Origin: Candidatus Velamenicoccus archaeovorus
GTDB lineage: Bacteria > Omnitrophota > Gorgyraeia > Velamenicoccales > Velamenicoccaceae
Length of the DNA stretch: 32,000 nucleotides
Assembly: GCF_004102945.1 (NCBI RefSeq)
Contig: NZ_CP019384.1
Coordinates: 1,200,001-1,232,000 of the forward strand
Reading direction: 5' to 3'
Of the stretch, positions 9,975 to 19,136 are shown one piece after another (position 1 is the first letter of the stretch; every line of letters starts with the position of its first letter). Made by a program: the position numbers and the translations under genes. The notes below the pieces were generated by a model. That model was not told the DNA's origin, searched no databases, and worked only from the letters and a program-made list of their open reading frames with translations.

Positions 9975-11066
9975 CTAATCCAAGATAGCAAGATCGTCCC
10001 TGTGGACAACCTCTTTTTTTGCCTTTTTTTGTTTGACCTCGTTCAATTCCGAAGAAGAAAAATTGACCTTCCCCCTGGCGAAGCATAACCCTTTAATGTC
10101 ACAGATATCGACCACATGACCAGCCCGGAAATCGCCTTCGACACCCTTGACGCCCGGCGCCAAAAGACTGCGTCCGCCGGTTATCAAAGCCGTCTTAGCA
10201 CCGTCATCAACAACGATCCTGCCTTTGACTTCAGCTTCGAAGCCGATCCAGTGCTTTTTGCTGCCGATGCATGCGCCAACGGAAAAAAGCGTACCGTCAT
10301 GCCCTTGCGATGATGAAAAAGCGATCTTTAGAAAACTCTTGAGACCATTGGCTAAAAGTACGGGAACGCCGGCATTTGTCGCGATGCGCGCCGCAGCGAT
10401 CTTAGTCGACATACCGCCGACGCATCCGATCTTATCGGTGCCGCAGGCCAGACGCTCGATATCGGGCGTGATCGCCGCGACCTCGGTCAAAAGGTCCTTG
10501 CCCGTCCCGCTCTTGGCATCAAAACTCCCGAATAATCCGTCGATATCCGAAAGGATCAGAAGCCCGTCGGCCTCCACAGCGGCCGCGACCCTGGCTGAGA
10601 GCGTATCATTATCGCCGAATTTGATCTCTTCTGTCGAGATCGCATCGTTCTCATTGATGACCGGAATCACCCCATGATGCAAAAGGGTATTGATCGTGCT
10701 GCGGGCATTTAGATAACGCTGCCGATCATGGAAATCTTCACGGGTGACCAGGATCTGTGCGCACTTCAGGCCGTGCTTTGCGAATTCGGAAGCGTAAGCC
10801 TGCATGAGGATATTCTGTCCGGCGGCAGCAGCAGCCTGGAGCTCGGCCAGCACGGTCGGGCGTTTCTTAAACCCCAAAACCGCCAGGCCGCTCGCCACAG
10901 CCCCTGACGTCACAAGGATCACCTTGCGGCCGTCACCATAGCATCCGGCGATCAGGCGGACAAGCCGTTCCAGGTTCTCGGGAACGATCGCCGTCTGCCC
11001 GCCCGTCAGAAGGCTGGCGCCGATCTTAATGACGATCTTTTGAGAGGTGTTTGCTGATTTCTTCAA
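9975..11066 (-). CDS. proB: Glutamate 5-kinase (amino-acid kinase domain plus C-terminal PUA)
   Basis: Sequence IVIKIGASLLT..., 363 aa, in proB-proA order. The annotated start overlaps the obg 3' end by 41 nt. Confidence 0.92.
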   Translation of the reverse strand: MKKSANTSQKIVIKIGASLLTGGQTAIVPENLERLVRLIAGCYGDGRKVILVTSGAVASGLAVLGFKKRPTVLAELQAAAAAGQNILMQAYASEFAKHGLKCAQILVTREDFHDRQRYLNARSTINTLLHHGVIPVINENDAISTEEIKFGDNDTLSARVAAAVEADGLLILSDIDGLFGSFDAKSGTGKDLLTEVAAITPDIERLACGTDKIGCVGGMSTKIAAARIATNAGVPVLLANGLKSFLKIAFSSSQGHDGTLFSVGACIGSKKHWIGFEAEVKGRIVVDDGAKTALITGGRSLLAPGVKGVEGDFRAGHVVDICDIKGLCFARGKVNFSSSELNEVKQKKAKKEVVHRDDLAILD

Positions 11067-12000
11067 GGAGCTCCTTTAAGCCCTCACCCTGCAGGGCGGA
11101 GACAGCCATGATCTTCTTGCGGCAACGGGTCCGAAAGGCCTTCAGATGCACCGGGGCCGCTTCAAGGTCCATCTTATTGGCGACGATGATCTGTTTCTTG
11201 TCTGCGAGTTCCCCGAAAAACGCTTCCAACTCTTCATTGATAATGCGAAAATCATCCCAAGGGTCGCGGCCGTCCACGCCCGCCATGTCGATCAGGTGGA
11301 CAAGGATTTTTGTCCTCTCCACATGCTTCAAAAACTTATCGCCTAGCCCCTTGCCCTTGTGAGCCCCTTCGATCAAGCCCGGGATGTCCGCCACGATAAC
11401 GTCATCATCACGATCTTCAAACTTCACCACACCCAGCGTCGGGGCTTTGGTGGTAAAAGGATAGCTCGCAATCTTGGGAGTAGCGTTCGAAATCTTCGAT
11501 ATCAACGTCGATTTGCCGGCGTTAGGGAAACCAACGATGCCCACATCGGCGATCAATTTCAGGTCAAAGCCGATGTTTTTTTCTTCGCCTGACTCCCCGG
11601 TCTCGGCATCATGCCGGCGGCTATTGCCCCGGCCTCCGCGCCCTCCGCGGGCGACGACAACCTCGATGCCGTCGTGGTCCAGATCGCGGATCATGCAATC
11701 CGTATCCAGGTCCGTCACGACGGTCCCCACCGGGACACGGATCAGGCAATCATCGCCCCTGGCGCCGGCCTTATCATTGCTGGAACCGTGTTTGCCGTTC
11801 TGGGCCTTGAAATGCCTCTGGTACTGAAAATCCAAAAGCGTGTAAATGCCCTTGTCGGCCTTCAAAACCACGCCGCCGCCGTCGCCGCCGTCGCCGCCGT
11901 TGGGCTTGCCATGTTCAACCCTTGTATCCCGGAAATAACTCTGGCAGCCGTTTCCGCCGTCGCCGGCCTTGACATGGATCTTGGCTGTGTCGATAAACAT
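11026..12000 (-). CDS. obg: GTPase Obg/CgtA
   Basis: Has the Gly-rich Obg fold (GDGGNGC, GGDGGDGG), G1 GFPNAGKST and G3 DIPGLIEGA. Confidence 0.95.
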   Translation of the reverse strand: MFIDTAKIHVKAGDGGNGCQSYFRDTRVEHGKPNGGDGGDGGGVVLKADKGIYTLLDFQYQRHFKAQNGKHGSSNDKAGARGDDCLIRVPVGTVVTDLDTDCMIRDLDHDGIEVVVARGGRGGRGNSRRHDAETGESGEEKNIGFDLKLIADVGIVGFPNAGKSTLISKISNATPKIASYPFTTKAPTLGVVKFEDRDDDVIVADIPGLIEGAHKGKGLGDKFLKHVERTKILVHLIDMAGVDGRDPWDDFRIINEELEAFFGELADKKQIIVANKMDLEAAPVHLKAFRTRCRKKIMAVSALQGEGLKELLEEISKHLSKDRH

Positions 12001-12027
12001 CTGCTCAAACAGATAACGGAGAACAGA

Positions 12028-12090
12028 ACACAGAGGACAAAAAATCCTGTCTGCCCCTGCCCTCCGCTCCCTGTCTCCTGTCCTCTGTGT
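12028..12090. repeat. 12-bp perfect inverted repeat ACACAGAGGACA / TGTCCTCTGTGT with a 39-nt purine-rich (minus-sense) loop, in the rplU-obg spacer
   Basis: Arms 12028-12039 and 12079-12090 were verified. It occupies the position where rpmA normally sits. Confidence 0.8.
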
Positions 12091-12095
12091 AATAT

Positions 12096-12404
12096 TTACG
12101 CTGCCGCGATTTCTTTGATGCGAATCTGCGTTAAGTCCTGCCGATGACCGTGCAGGCGGCGCGAGCTCTTGCGGCGCCTGTACTTGAAAGAAATAAGCTT
12201 GGGCCCGCGGATGCCGCCCAAAACGTCAGCCGTCACCTTGGCCCCCTTGAGATACGGTTGCCCGACGGCCACCTTCTCGCCGTCGCAGATCAAAAGCACC
12301 TCATGGAATGTCACATCCTTCTTGTTATCGATGCACTCGACCGCCAACACATCGCCAGCGCTCACCTTATACTGCTTGCCGCCTGTTTGTATCACTGCGT
12401 ACAT
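12096..12404 (-). CDS. rplU: 50S ribosomal protein L21
   Basis: Canonical N-terminus MYAVIQTGGKQYKV, 102 aa. SD-like AAAGGGG lies upstream. Confidence 0.95.
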   Translation of the reverse strand: MYAVIQTGGKQYKVSAGDVLAVECIDNKKDVTFHEVLLICDGEKVAVGQPYLKGAKVTADVLGGIRGPKLISFKYRRRKSSRRLHGHRQDLTQIRIKEIAAA

Positions 12405-12450
12405 AACCCACCCCTTTTAAGTAGTCAGTAGTTAGTAGATAGTAGTCAGT

Positions 12451-12479
12451 AAAATACTGACAGTTTGACAGAAGTTCAA
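12451..12479 (-). promoter_or_regulatory. Sigma70-like promoter, proximal, upstream of rplU
   Basis: Minus strand: TTGAAC (12479-12474), 17-nt spacer, TATTTT (12456-12451). Confidence 0.4.
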
Positions 12480-12537
12480 TATCTCCAAGAGCTTTTGTTG
12501 TAAAAAAGGGTCCCAAAGCAAGCTCTGAAAGAGGAGT

Positions 12538-12567
12538 AATATAACACACCCAGGGCGGATTCGTCAA
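12538..12567 (-). promoter_or_regulatory. Sigma70-like promoter, distal, upstream of rplU
   Basis: Minus strand: TTGACG (12567-12562), 18-nt spacer, TATATT (12543-12538), preceded by AT-rich AAGTAAAATA. Confidence 0.45.
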
Positions 12568-12677
12568 TATTTTACTTAGAAGAACGGACGGCCGCCAATA
12601 TTATCCCGCACCAGAGAACCCCGAACTCCCTGCCTTGCCGGCAGGCAGGTGCGAAGGATCAACGTTGATTAGCGTTT

Positions 12678-14162
12678 CTAGCTGATCACGACCTTTTCAA
12701 TATGAAAATCTGTGTTGGCTTTGACGTCAGCCCTCACTCCAAAACGGCGGCAGAGACTGCGCAAGGCCTGGAAATTCTCGTTATTGAGGCTCACTGCAAC
12801 ATCCGGATGGACCTCAATCGTGGCCTTTCTGGCCTTGCTCTTCAAAATATACGTCTTGAGTTCCCTCAAGGCTGTCAGGGCGATGGAAAAGGCGGATTTG
12901 ACCTTCCCTTTCCCCTGGCAATAAGGACAATCCTTATAAGAGATGCTCTCCAGCGTCCGGTGGGTGCGCTCGCGCGTCATCTGGATCAGCCCGAGCTTGG
13001 AAATCCCAAGGACGTCGGTCTTGGCGCGGTCGCTGGACAAGGCGGACTTGAAGACATTGATCAGTTCGCGCCGGTGCTTCTCTTCCATCATGTCGATGAA
13101 ATCGATGACGATGATGCCGCCGACATCGCGCAGCCTCAATTGCCGGGCGATCTCCCGGGCGGACTCGCAATTCACGGAAAACGCCATCTGTTCCTGCGAA
13201 ATATTCTTCTTGCGGAATTTCCCGGAGTTGACGTCGATAACGGTCAGGCCCTCCGTCGGCTCGATGACGATATAGGCGCCGCTCCTGAGGAAAACCTTGA
13301 TGGCATACAGTTTTTCAATCTCGCCCTCGATCCCCTTCTTTTCAAAAAGAGGCGTATTCTCCCTGTAGAATTTGACGGCATTGCTCAACCGCGCCATATA
13401 CGACCTGACAAAACGCAAAACCCTCCTGAACTCATCCTTGGAATCCACCCAGATGGAATCGATCTCTTCGTTGAAATAATCGCGCAGCATCCGCAGGGCC
13501 AGGTCATAATCCTCGTAGATCAAAAACGGGGCGTTACGCTTGTGGCCGGCCTTGTCGATGCGGTCCCAGAGACGCAGGAGCAATTGGAAATCGCGCTGGA
13601 CTTCTTTCTCCGTAGCTCCCCAAGCGACCGTCCGCATAATAACACCCATGTGCTCCGGGACCTTCAGCGCGCCCAAGATCGCACGCAGGCGATGCCTTTC
13701 GGCGTCATCTGATATCTTTTTGGAAATGCCGAAATGACGCTCAAAAGGCATGAGCACAAGATACCGCCCCGGCAAGCTGATGTGCGTCGTCAGCCGCGGC
13801 CCCTTAGTCCCAAAAGGCTCCTTGGTCACCTGGACAAGCAATTCCTGGCCTTCCTTGAGCTGGACGTGTTCCGGCCGCCTGCCGCCGCCATTGGCGCCCT
13901 CTTTGAGGTCGATGTCTTCCGTCTCCATGGCCATGGCCAGCGTATCGTTCAAATACAAAAAACCGTTCTTCTCCATGCCGACATTGACAAACGCCGCCCC
14001 GACGGATGGAACAATCGTCTCCACGCGCCCTTTGTAGATATTCCCCAAGATCGTGCGGTCCTGCGCGCGCTCCACGAAATAATTCTCCAGTTTCCCGTCT
14101 TCGAGGATGGCTACGCGCCTTTCCTGATGTTCAAAATTAATAAGTATTTCTTTCTTTTTCAC
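12678..14162 (-). CDS. rng: Ribonuclease G (RNase E/G family, short form)
   Basis: Has an N-terminal S1 domain (GNIYKGRVETIVPSVGAAFVNVG) and an RNase E/G catalytic core. At 494 aa it has no RNase E scaffold tail. GTG start at 14162 lies 6 nt after AGGAGG. Confidence 0.9.
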   Translation of the reverse strand: MKKKEILINFEHQERRVAILEDGKLENYFVERAQDRTILGNIYKGRVETIVPSVGAAFVNVGMEKNGFLYLNDTLAMAMETEDIDLKEGANGGGRRPEHVQLKEGQELLVQVTKEPFGTKGPRLTTHISLPGRYLVLMPFERHFGISKKISDDAERHRLRAILGALKVPEHMGVIMRTVAWGATEKEVQRDFQLLLRLWDRIDKAGHKRNAPFLIYEDYDLALRMLRDYFNEEIDSIWVDSKDEFRRVLRFVRSYMARLSNAVKFYRENTPLFEKKGIEGEIEKLYAIKVFLRSGAYIVIEPTEGLTVIDVNSGKFRKKNISQEQMAFSVNCESAREIARQLRLRDVGGIIVIDFIDMMEEKHRRELINVFKSALSSDRAKTDVLGISKLGLIQMTRERTHRTLESISYKDCPYCQGKGKVKSAFSIALTALRELKTYILKSKARKATIEVHPDVAVSLNNENFQALRSLCRRFGVRADVKANTDFHIEKVVIS

Positions 14163-14213
14163 CTGATGCCTCCTAACAGTTCTGTATGGCCCCCTTTAGA
14201 GAACATTGTTCTC

Positions 14214-14528
14214 TTACGGGATAAATGTAAGCCGCTGGATGACGATACCGGCCGGCAGTTCCTTCTGCCAGCTCTTGCGGATGTCGTTTTCGTTGCGGCG
14301 TTCTTTAAGAACAATCTCTCCTGTCTCGCAATCTGCCTCCACGCCCAACTTGACGGCGCGAAAAAGTTTGATCTTCATGCGCGGGTGAAACCCTTCCGTC
14401 AGGACCACGGGAAGCTCCGCCCTCCGGGCTGCGCGGCCCAAAAGCCGCAGAAGATCCAAGTGCGAGATATAAATGCTCGGCCCGCCCTTGGCAAAATCGA
14501 AACGATACGTATATTTCACCTGCCCCAT
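14214..14528 (-). CDS. Radical-SAM-linked protein, TIGR03936/DUF2344-like (short, 104 aa)
   Basis: The N-terminus ...RFDFAKGGPSIYISHLDLLRLLGRAARRAELPVVLTEGFHPRMKI... matches my recollection of the DUF2344 N-terminal half (FSK.G..RFLSHLD..R...RA.RRA.LP...S.GF.PHPK). Placement next to RNase G is typical. Not checked with an HMM. Confidence 0.65.
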   Translation of the reverse strand: MGQVKYTYRFDFAKGGPSIYISHLDLLRLLGRAARRAELPVVLTEGFHPRMKIKLFRAVKLGVEADCETGEIVLKERRNENDIRKSWQKELPAGIVIQRLTFIP

Positions 14529-14565
14529 ATGCCTGCCGTGCGTTCCTCAAGTTCTTCGGGCCCCG

Positions 14566-14606
14566 CAAAGACAAAACCCCGCACGCCTCCTGTCCATCTG
14601 CGGGGT
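14566..14606 (-). terminator. Intrinsic-terminator-like hairpin downstream of pilQ
   Basis: Minus strand: ACCCCGCA, 15-nt loop, TGCGGGGT, followed by TTTGTCTTT. Stem arms are at plus 14576-14583 and 14599-14606. Confidence 0.6.
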
Positions 14607-14646
14607 CTCCCTCTTTTAATCGGATCCTTGATGAAAAACCGGCGGA

Positions 14647-16242
14647 CTACTTCTGGTTGACTTGTTTAAACCCCAAACTCCGTTCCAACGTCGCCAGTTC
14701 ATCACCCGTCAATTCCCTGTCGTCAACGATATGGGCTGTGATAAAAATCAAAAGCTCGATCTTCTGCGTGTCGACAGTCGTTCTTTCAAAAAGTTTTCCG
14801 ACAAAAGGGATCTTCCTCAAGAAAGGAACCCCCTGCACACTCTCTTCTTTTTGGTCCTTGATCAAACCGCCGATGACAACCGTCTCGCCCGATTTCATCA
14901 ACAGCTGGGTCTGCGCTTCACGGGTCGTGATACGAGGATATCTGTTCTCGATCAGCGTCCCTTCGTCCGTGACCGCCGGATGGACGATCATGTTGATATA
15001 ATCCCGGTCTTTACCCGAAACCTGGGGGATCACGTTGAGCTGGATCCCGATGTCCTTATAGGACTCCAGCGACACATCGACCGTCGTGGATGTGTCCGAA
15101 CTCTTGGTCGTCGCGACGATGGGGAACTGTTCGCCCACGAGGATCGTCGCTTCCTGGTTATCAAGAGTAAGGATGCTGGGGGCCGACAGGATATTGGCCG
15201 CCACATTCTCCTCCAGCGCATGGATCGTGACCTCAAACTCCGAACCGCTGAGTTTTTGGAACACGAAATTCATGCCGGTATTGGCCGTCGTGATGGCTGT
15301 CGCCTGAGGAGCAAAGGCCGCCGGCGTGACACCGACACCGCCGAACGAATGGCCGCCGGCTTTAAGGCTCTGGGTGATGGAATCGGTCGTCACCGTCGTG
15401 CTGGAAGAAGACCCTGCGCCGCCCGTCGCAAAATCAACACCGATGTCCCTGAGTTTATCGAGACTCACCTCGACGATACGCGTCTCGATCAGAACCAGCT
15501 TGGGCTTGACATCGATGGACTTCAAAACCTCCTTGATGCGCTCCAGGACCGGGGGAATGTCTGAAATGATCAACGTTTTTGAACGGCTGGTCGTAGAGAC
15601 TGCCCGGCTCCTCTTTTCAGAAAATGCGCCGCCGAAACCCCAGCCTGCCTGCCCCGTGATCTCCAGGTTTGTGATCTTGCCCCGCGGCGACAATTGCGGC
15701 TCGATAGCCTTCTGCGCGTCAATGGCATCGATATACTGCAGGACAACAACCTCTGTCGCAACCGGCTGGACCTGCGCCAGGTCCTGCTCCATCTTGCGCT
15801 GGGCCGTCAGCTTCTCCAAAGGGGCCACCATGATGATATTTTCCTGCTTATCATACGCATACCCGTAGGTCTTCAAGATGACATCCAGGGCCTTTTCCCA
15901 TGGGACATCGGTGATGCGCACATTCACCGTCCCCGTCACCTCGGGGCTCGCAACGATATTCACCCCGCTCTTGTACGAAATGACCTTCAAGACATCGCGG
16001 ATATTGGCTTCTTTAAAATCCAGCGTGATCAGGTCGGTCTTGACCTGTTCTTCCTCCGGGGGTGCCGCGATCATCTCGATCGACGGGGCCGCCGCGGCGG
16101 ACACAGCCCCCTGAATCGCAGCCTCCTGGTTGCCGGTCGTCTCCTCGTTCATCGCCCCCGGCTCCTGCGCAACACCGATGGCGCCGATCGCAAAAACAAA
16201 AAGAACGCCCAGAAGCATCCGGCAAAATCTCGGCCCTCTCAT
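14647..16242 (-). CDS. pilQ: Type IV pilus secretin PilQ
   Basis: Has a signal peptide, a secretin N-domain (DFKEANIRDVLKVISYKSGVNIV...) and a C-terminal secretin domain (GETVVIGGLI...VPFL..IP..G.LF...ELLIFITAHIV). It lies in pilMNOPQ order. No AMIN domain was seen. Confidence 0.9.
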   Translation of the reverse strand: MRGPRFCRMLLGVLFVFAIGAIGVAQEPGAMNEETTGNQEAAIQGAVSAAAAPSIEMIAAPPEEEQVKTDLITLDFKEANIRDVLKVISYKSGVNIVASPEVTGTVNVRITDVPWEKALDVILKTYGYAYDKQENIIMVAPLEKLTAQRKMEQDLAQVQPVATEVVVLQYIDAIDAQKAIEPQLSPRGKITNLEITGQAGWGFGGAFSEKRSRAVSTTSRSKTLIISDIPPVLERIKEVLKSIDVKPKLVLIETRIVEVSLDKLRDIGVDFATGGAGSSSSTTVTTDSITQSLKAGGHSFGGVGVTPAAFAPQATAITTANTGMNFVFQKLSGSEFEVTIHALEENVAANILSAPSILTLDNQEATILVGEQFPIVATTKSSDTSTTVDVSLESYKDIGIQLNVIPQVSGKDRDYINMIVHPAVTDEGTLIENRYPRITTREAQTQLLMKSGETVVIGGLIKDQKEESVQGVPFLRKIPFVGKLFERTTVDTQKIELLIFITAHIVDDRELTGDELATLERSLGFKQVNQK

Positions 16243-16614
16243 TTATTCCTCCCTTCTCAATTCAATCTCGATCTTCTGGTTGTCCTTGATCACGACAATC
16301 TTGGCCGGCTCTATCTTGCTGACAACGGCACCATTAATGCTCTCTCCCACCTTCAGGAGCTCTCCGTTAATGATAGCCATCGAATTACCGCTGGGGTCAT
16401 ACATGATGCCCTCCAGCCGGATCGTCGCATTCTCCTCTTCTTCCAGATTGATAAGGTACCCTGCCGGCGACACCAAGGGGACAAAAGGATCGCGCTTGCC
16501 CTCGGGCGTGTAGATATATTTCTGCTCCTGCGCCGCAAGATGGCATTCAGACACCGCCAAAGCAACCACGGCAAGAACCCCCGCCACCCCGTAGAACAAA
16601 CGCCAATGTTTCAT
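16243..16614 (-). CDS. pilP: PilP-like pilus assembly protein
   Basis: The 123-aa protein has a signal/TM segment, an RDPF motif and a C-terminal beta domain (LEGIMYD...AIINGELLKVGESINGAVVSKIE). It lies between pilO and pilQ, and its stop TAA abuts the pilQ ATG. No classic lipobox. Confidence 0.6.
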   Translation of the reverse strand: MKHWRLFYGVAGVLAVVALAVSECHLAAQEQKYIYTPEGKRDPFVPLVSPAGYLINLEEEENATIRLEGIMYDPSGNSMAIINGELLKVGESINGAVVSKIEPAKIVVIKDNQKIEIELRREE

Positions 16615-16617
16615 ATT

Positions 16618-17229
16618 TTAACCCTTATTCACGACAACTTCAATAACCATTGTGATCACGTGGTGCATGTAATCCCGGTCATCCGTCCGGATCTCCAGGG
16701 AACTGATGTCAAAAAAATTCGCCGCATTTTCCAAGAAAGCGATAAAACGGCCAAGCTGATGGAAGCCGGCCGTGGCCGAGATGGCGATTTTCTCACGGAA
16801 GATCTTCGTTTCGCCTTTACCAGCGACAGAAACCACAACGGTATTCGTCAAGCTCTGCACCTCGGGGATAGGCTTGATCCTCGTCAGCTTCACGCTGCTG
16901 ACGTCGGCATACTTGGACACCGTTTCCAAAAGCGCCGGGACATTCTCTTCCGGAGGAATCTGTTTTTCAAGCGCGGCTTCTTCCGACTTCAAGGTCTCCA
17001 ACCGCGTCTTATATGTCCCCCCGAACTTCACGTCAAGCACATCGTTCTTGTATTCATTCCTCAGCGTCCGCGCCTCGGAAAAAAGCCGCACCACCTGCGA
17101 CAATTGGCCGCGCAGCAGAAAAGCTGCATCGAGAAGAAACACGCAAGCGGCGATCGCCATGATCGCCCTGGGATTGTGTTTCAGGTTCCTGAAGAACGCA
17201 AACAACTCTTCATTCGAAGGCGTTTTCAT
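16618..17229 (-). CDS. pilO: PilO-like pilus assembly protein
   Basis: Has a single N-terminal TM, a coiled-coil and a C-terminal ferredoxin-like region, in the pilO position. The ORF-track start at 17259 is a TTG. ATG 17229 is preceded by GGAGAGAA and is preferred. Confidence 0.7.
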   Translation of the reverse strand: MKTPSNEELFAFFRNLKHNPRAIMAIAACVFLLDAAFLLRGQLSQVVRLFSEARTLRNEYKNDVLDVKFGGTYKTRLETLKSEEAALEKQIPPEENVPALLETVSKYADVSSVKLTRIKPIPEVQSLTNTVVVSVAGKGETKIFREKIAISATAGFHQLGRFIAFLENAANFFDISSLEIRTDDRDYMHHVITMVIEVVVNKG

Positions 17230-17266
17230 TTCTCTCCGACTCCGCCCTCTCCAGGGCAAGAACCTT

Positions 17267-17824
17267 TCACTTCTTCATCTCTCCGTTCAGGACATAATCA
17301 ACGACATCATAGGTCTTGATGGACCGCCTCTGCACAGAACCCAGCTCCAGCCTGGGGAATGCCGTGGAGAATGTCTTATTGCTTTTAAGATTCTGAAGAA
17401 ATCTTCCAATGATCGTCATTTCGTTCTGGGTCAGGGAGATAACCGTTCCCTGAATGATAAGACTATGGCCCGAAAGAGAGAAGCGGTCGATCCACAACCC
17501 CCTGGGAACAGCATCGCTCAACCCGGACAGAAGTTCCGTGAAACTGACCCGGCGGGACAAAACACCCTTGAGTGTATTGGTCCGCGTTTCCAGCTCTTTG
17601 ATCTCCGACTTCGTCTTGGCCGCTTCCTTGGCCGAAACGGCGATCTTATTGATGCTGCCATGGAGAGCAATCACCTGTATTTTCTTCATCGCGGCGACGC
17701 CGAAAAGCAAAAGATGAAGAAGGACAAGACCCGTCACTCCTAAAAGCAAGTACACCTTATAGGGGACGACCGCCTTGTTTTCCGTCTTGCGCAACTGTCT
17801 GGGAAGAAGATTGATCGTGATCAT
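17267..17824 (-). CDS. pilN: PilN (fimbrial assembly protein)
   Basis: N-terminal INLLP motif followed by a TM helix, 185 aa. There is a 4-nt overlap with pilM. Confidence 0.85.
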   Translation of the reverse strand: MITINLLPRQLRKTENKAVVPYKVYLLLGVTGLVLLHLLLFGVAAMKKIQVIALHGSINKIAVSAKEAAKTKSEIKELETRTNTLKGVLSRRVSFTELLSGLSDAVPRGLWIDRFSLSGHSLIIQGTVISLTQNEMTIIGRFLQNLKSNKTFSTAFPRLELGSVQRRSIKTYDVVDYVLNGEMKK

Positions 17825-18909
17825 GCCGCATCCCTCAACGCCAATCCCAGAGAGACCGCCAAAAGGTCGCTGTCCGCCGCGAACGCCTGGCGGTCGATGC
17901 CTTCGCCCAGCGCGAGACGATCTGCATAGTCGAGGAATTTGACCTCCACGGCCAAGGCACGCTCCATATATTCCCTGATGCCGGCAAGACGGCTTGCGCC
18001 CCCCGTGATCAGAACCAGATCCGCGGCCTTGCCGCCCCGCGATTCGAAATAATCAAGAGAGACGCGGATCTCGGACGTCAAGTTGCTCAAGACAGGCTCC
18101 CAGATGGAAAAGAGTTCATTTTCGCGGCCTTGCGGAGTGCATTTTAATTTTTCGGCTTCAGGGATATCAAGGCTGAGCGTCTCTGCGGTCTTTTTGGTGA
18201 AATCATCCCCGCCGACAAAGATATCTCGGCTCAGGAACGGCTGGCCGTCGACAAGAATGTCCATATTGCAGCACGTCTTCCCCATGTTGATGACCGCGCA
18301 ACAGGCGTCGTTTTTCACATTCCCGATGATCTCCGTGTAAAAATTTGCCAGGGCCAGGGAATCCAGTTCCATCGCCTTGACCTTCAGGCCAAGCTCCTGG
18401 GCCAGGGTGAATTTTTTCTGGATGAGCTCATTTTTAGCGGCCGCTATCAGGATGTTCATCTTGGCCTTCCCCTTCATCTCGCCCAAAAGCATATAATCCG
18501 TGGCGACATCGGCCAGGGGAAACGGGACGTATTTCTCTATCTCAAATTTCATCGAAGATTCGAGCTCCGTCTTGTTCATGGAAGGTAATTCGATGTAACG
18601 CGAAACGGCTCCCTGTCCGCTGACAGAAAACACACAGACCCCATTTTGAATAGTGCGATCCCTCGCCAATGCCCGGCTCAGGGCATCCCGATAATTCTTG
18701 TTCTCTACCTTTTCGACAACATAAGCCGAAAGCACGGGAGGCTGTTTCGACACATCCAGGCGGCAGATCTTAACGGCATTCGTACCAACATCAACCCCCC
18801 AGGTACCGCTCTCAACCTTAGCCGCAAGCATCTTCTGGCTCAGCAACCCCTTCGCGGCCATCGGGAAACCGTTAAGCTGCTTCTTCAACTGTTGCAAATC
18901 CATCTTCAT
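17821..18909 (-). CDS. pilM: PilM (actin-like ATPase-fold pilus assembly protein)
   Basis: Has the VGVDVGTNAVKI phosphate-1-like motif, 362 aa, followed by pilNOPQ. Confidence 0.9.
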   Translation of the reverse strand: MKMDLQQLKKQLNGFPMAAKGLLSQKMLAAKVESGTWGVDVGTNAVKICRLDVSKQPPVLSAYVVEKVENKNYRDALSRALARDRTIQNGVCVFSVSGQGAVSRYIELPSMNKTELESSMKFEIEKYVPFPLADVATDYMLLGEMKGKAKMNILIAAAKNELIQKKFTLAQELGLKVKAMELDSLALANFYTEIIGNVKNDACCAVINMGKTCCNMDILVDGQPFLSRDIFVGGDDFTKKTAETLSLDIPEAEKLKCTPQGRENELFSIWEPVLSNLTSEIRVSLDYFESRGGKAADLVLITGGASRLAGIREYMERALAVEVKFLDYADRLALGEGIDRQAFAADSDLLAVSLGLALRDAA

Positions 18910-19005
18910 ATATTCCTTCTTTTCGGAACGAGGTATGGACGCTTCGGCAACCTTTCGGCAGTGGCAAAATCTAGTCTAGCCGCCATATAAAATATTAATA
19001 AATCT

Positions 19006-19033
19006 ATATTAATGGCATTACTGTAAAAGTCAA
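19006..19033 (-). promoter_or_regulatory. Sigma70-like promoter for pilMNOPQ
   Basis: Minus strand: TTGACT (19033-19028), 16-nt spacer, TAATAT (19011-19006). Confidence 0.45.
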
Positions 19034-19103
19034 CGGAATTTACTCACTTTTCAGGCCCGAAGGGCCGGCAGGAGAGAAGATTCCGAGGAAAGGGCGGTGC
19101 AGA

Positions 19104-19129
19104 CTTATGCCTGCATAAACAGGCATAAG
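19104..19129. repeat. 10-bp inverted repeat CTTATGCCTG / CAGGCATAAG (6-nt loop)
   Basis: Arms 19104-19113 and 19120-19129. It contains the same ACTTATG...CATAAG core as the palindromes at 1845-1983. It lies between the pilin terminator and the pilM promoter. Confidence 0.8.
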
Positions 19130-19136
19130 CAGGCAT

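Noticed and set aside
12040-12078. G-quadruplex in the minus-sense loop (GGGAGCGGAGGGCAGGGG).
   Set aside because: Only three runs of three or more G are present. A canonical four-tract G4 cannot form without using GG runs.
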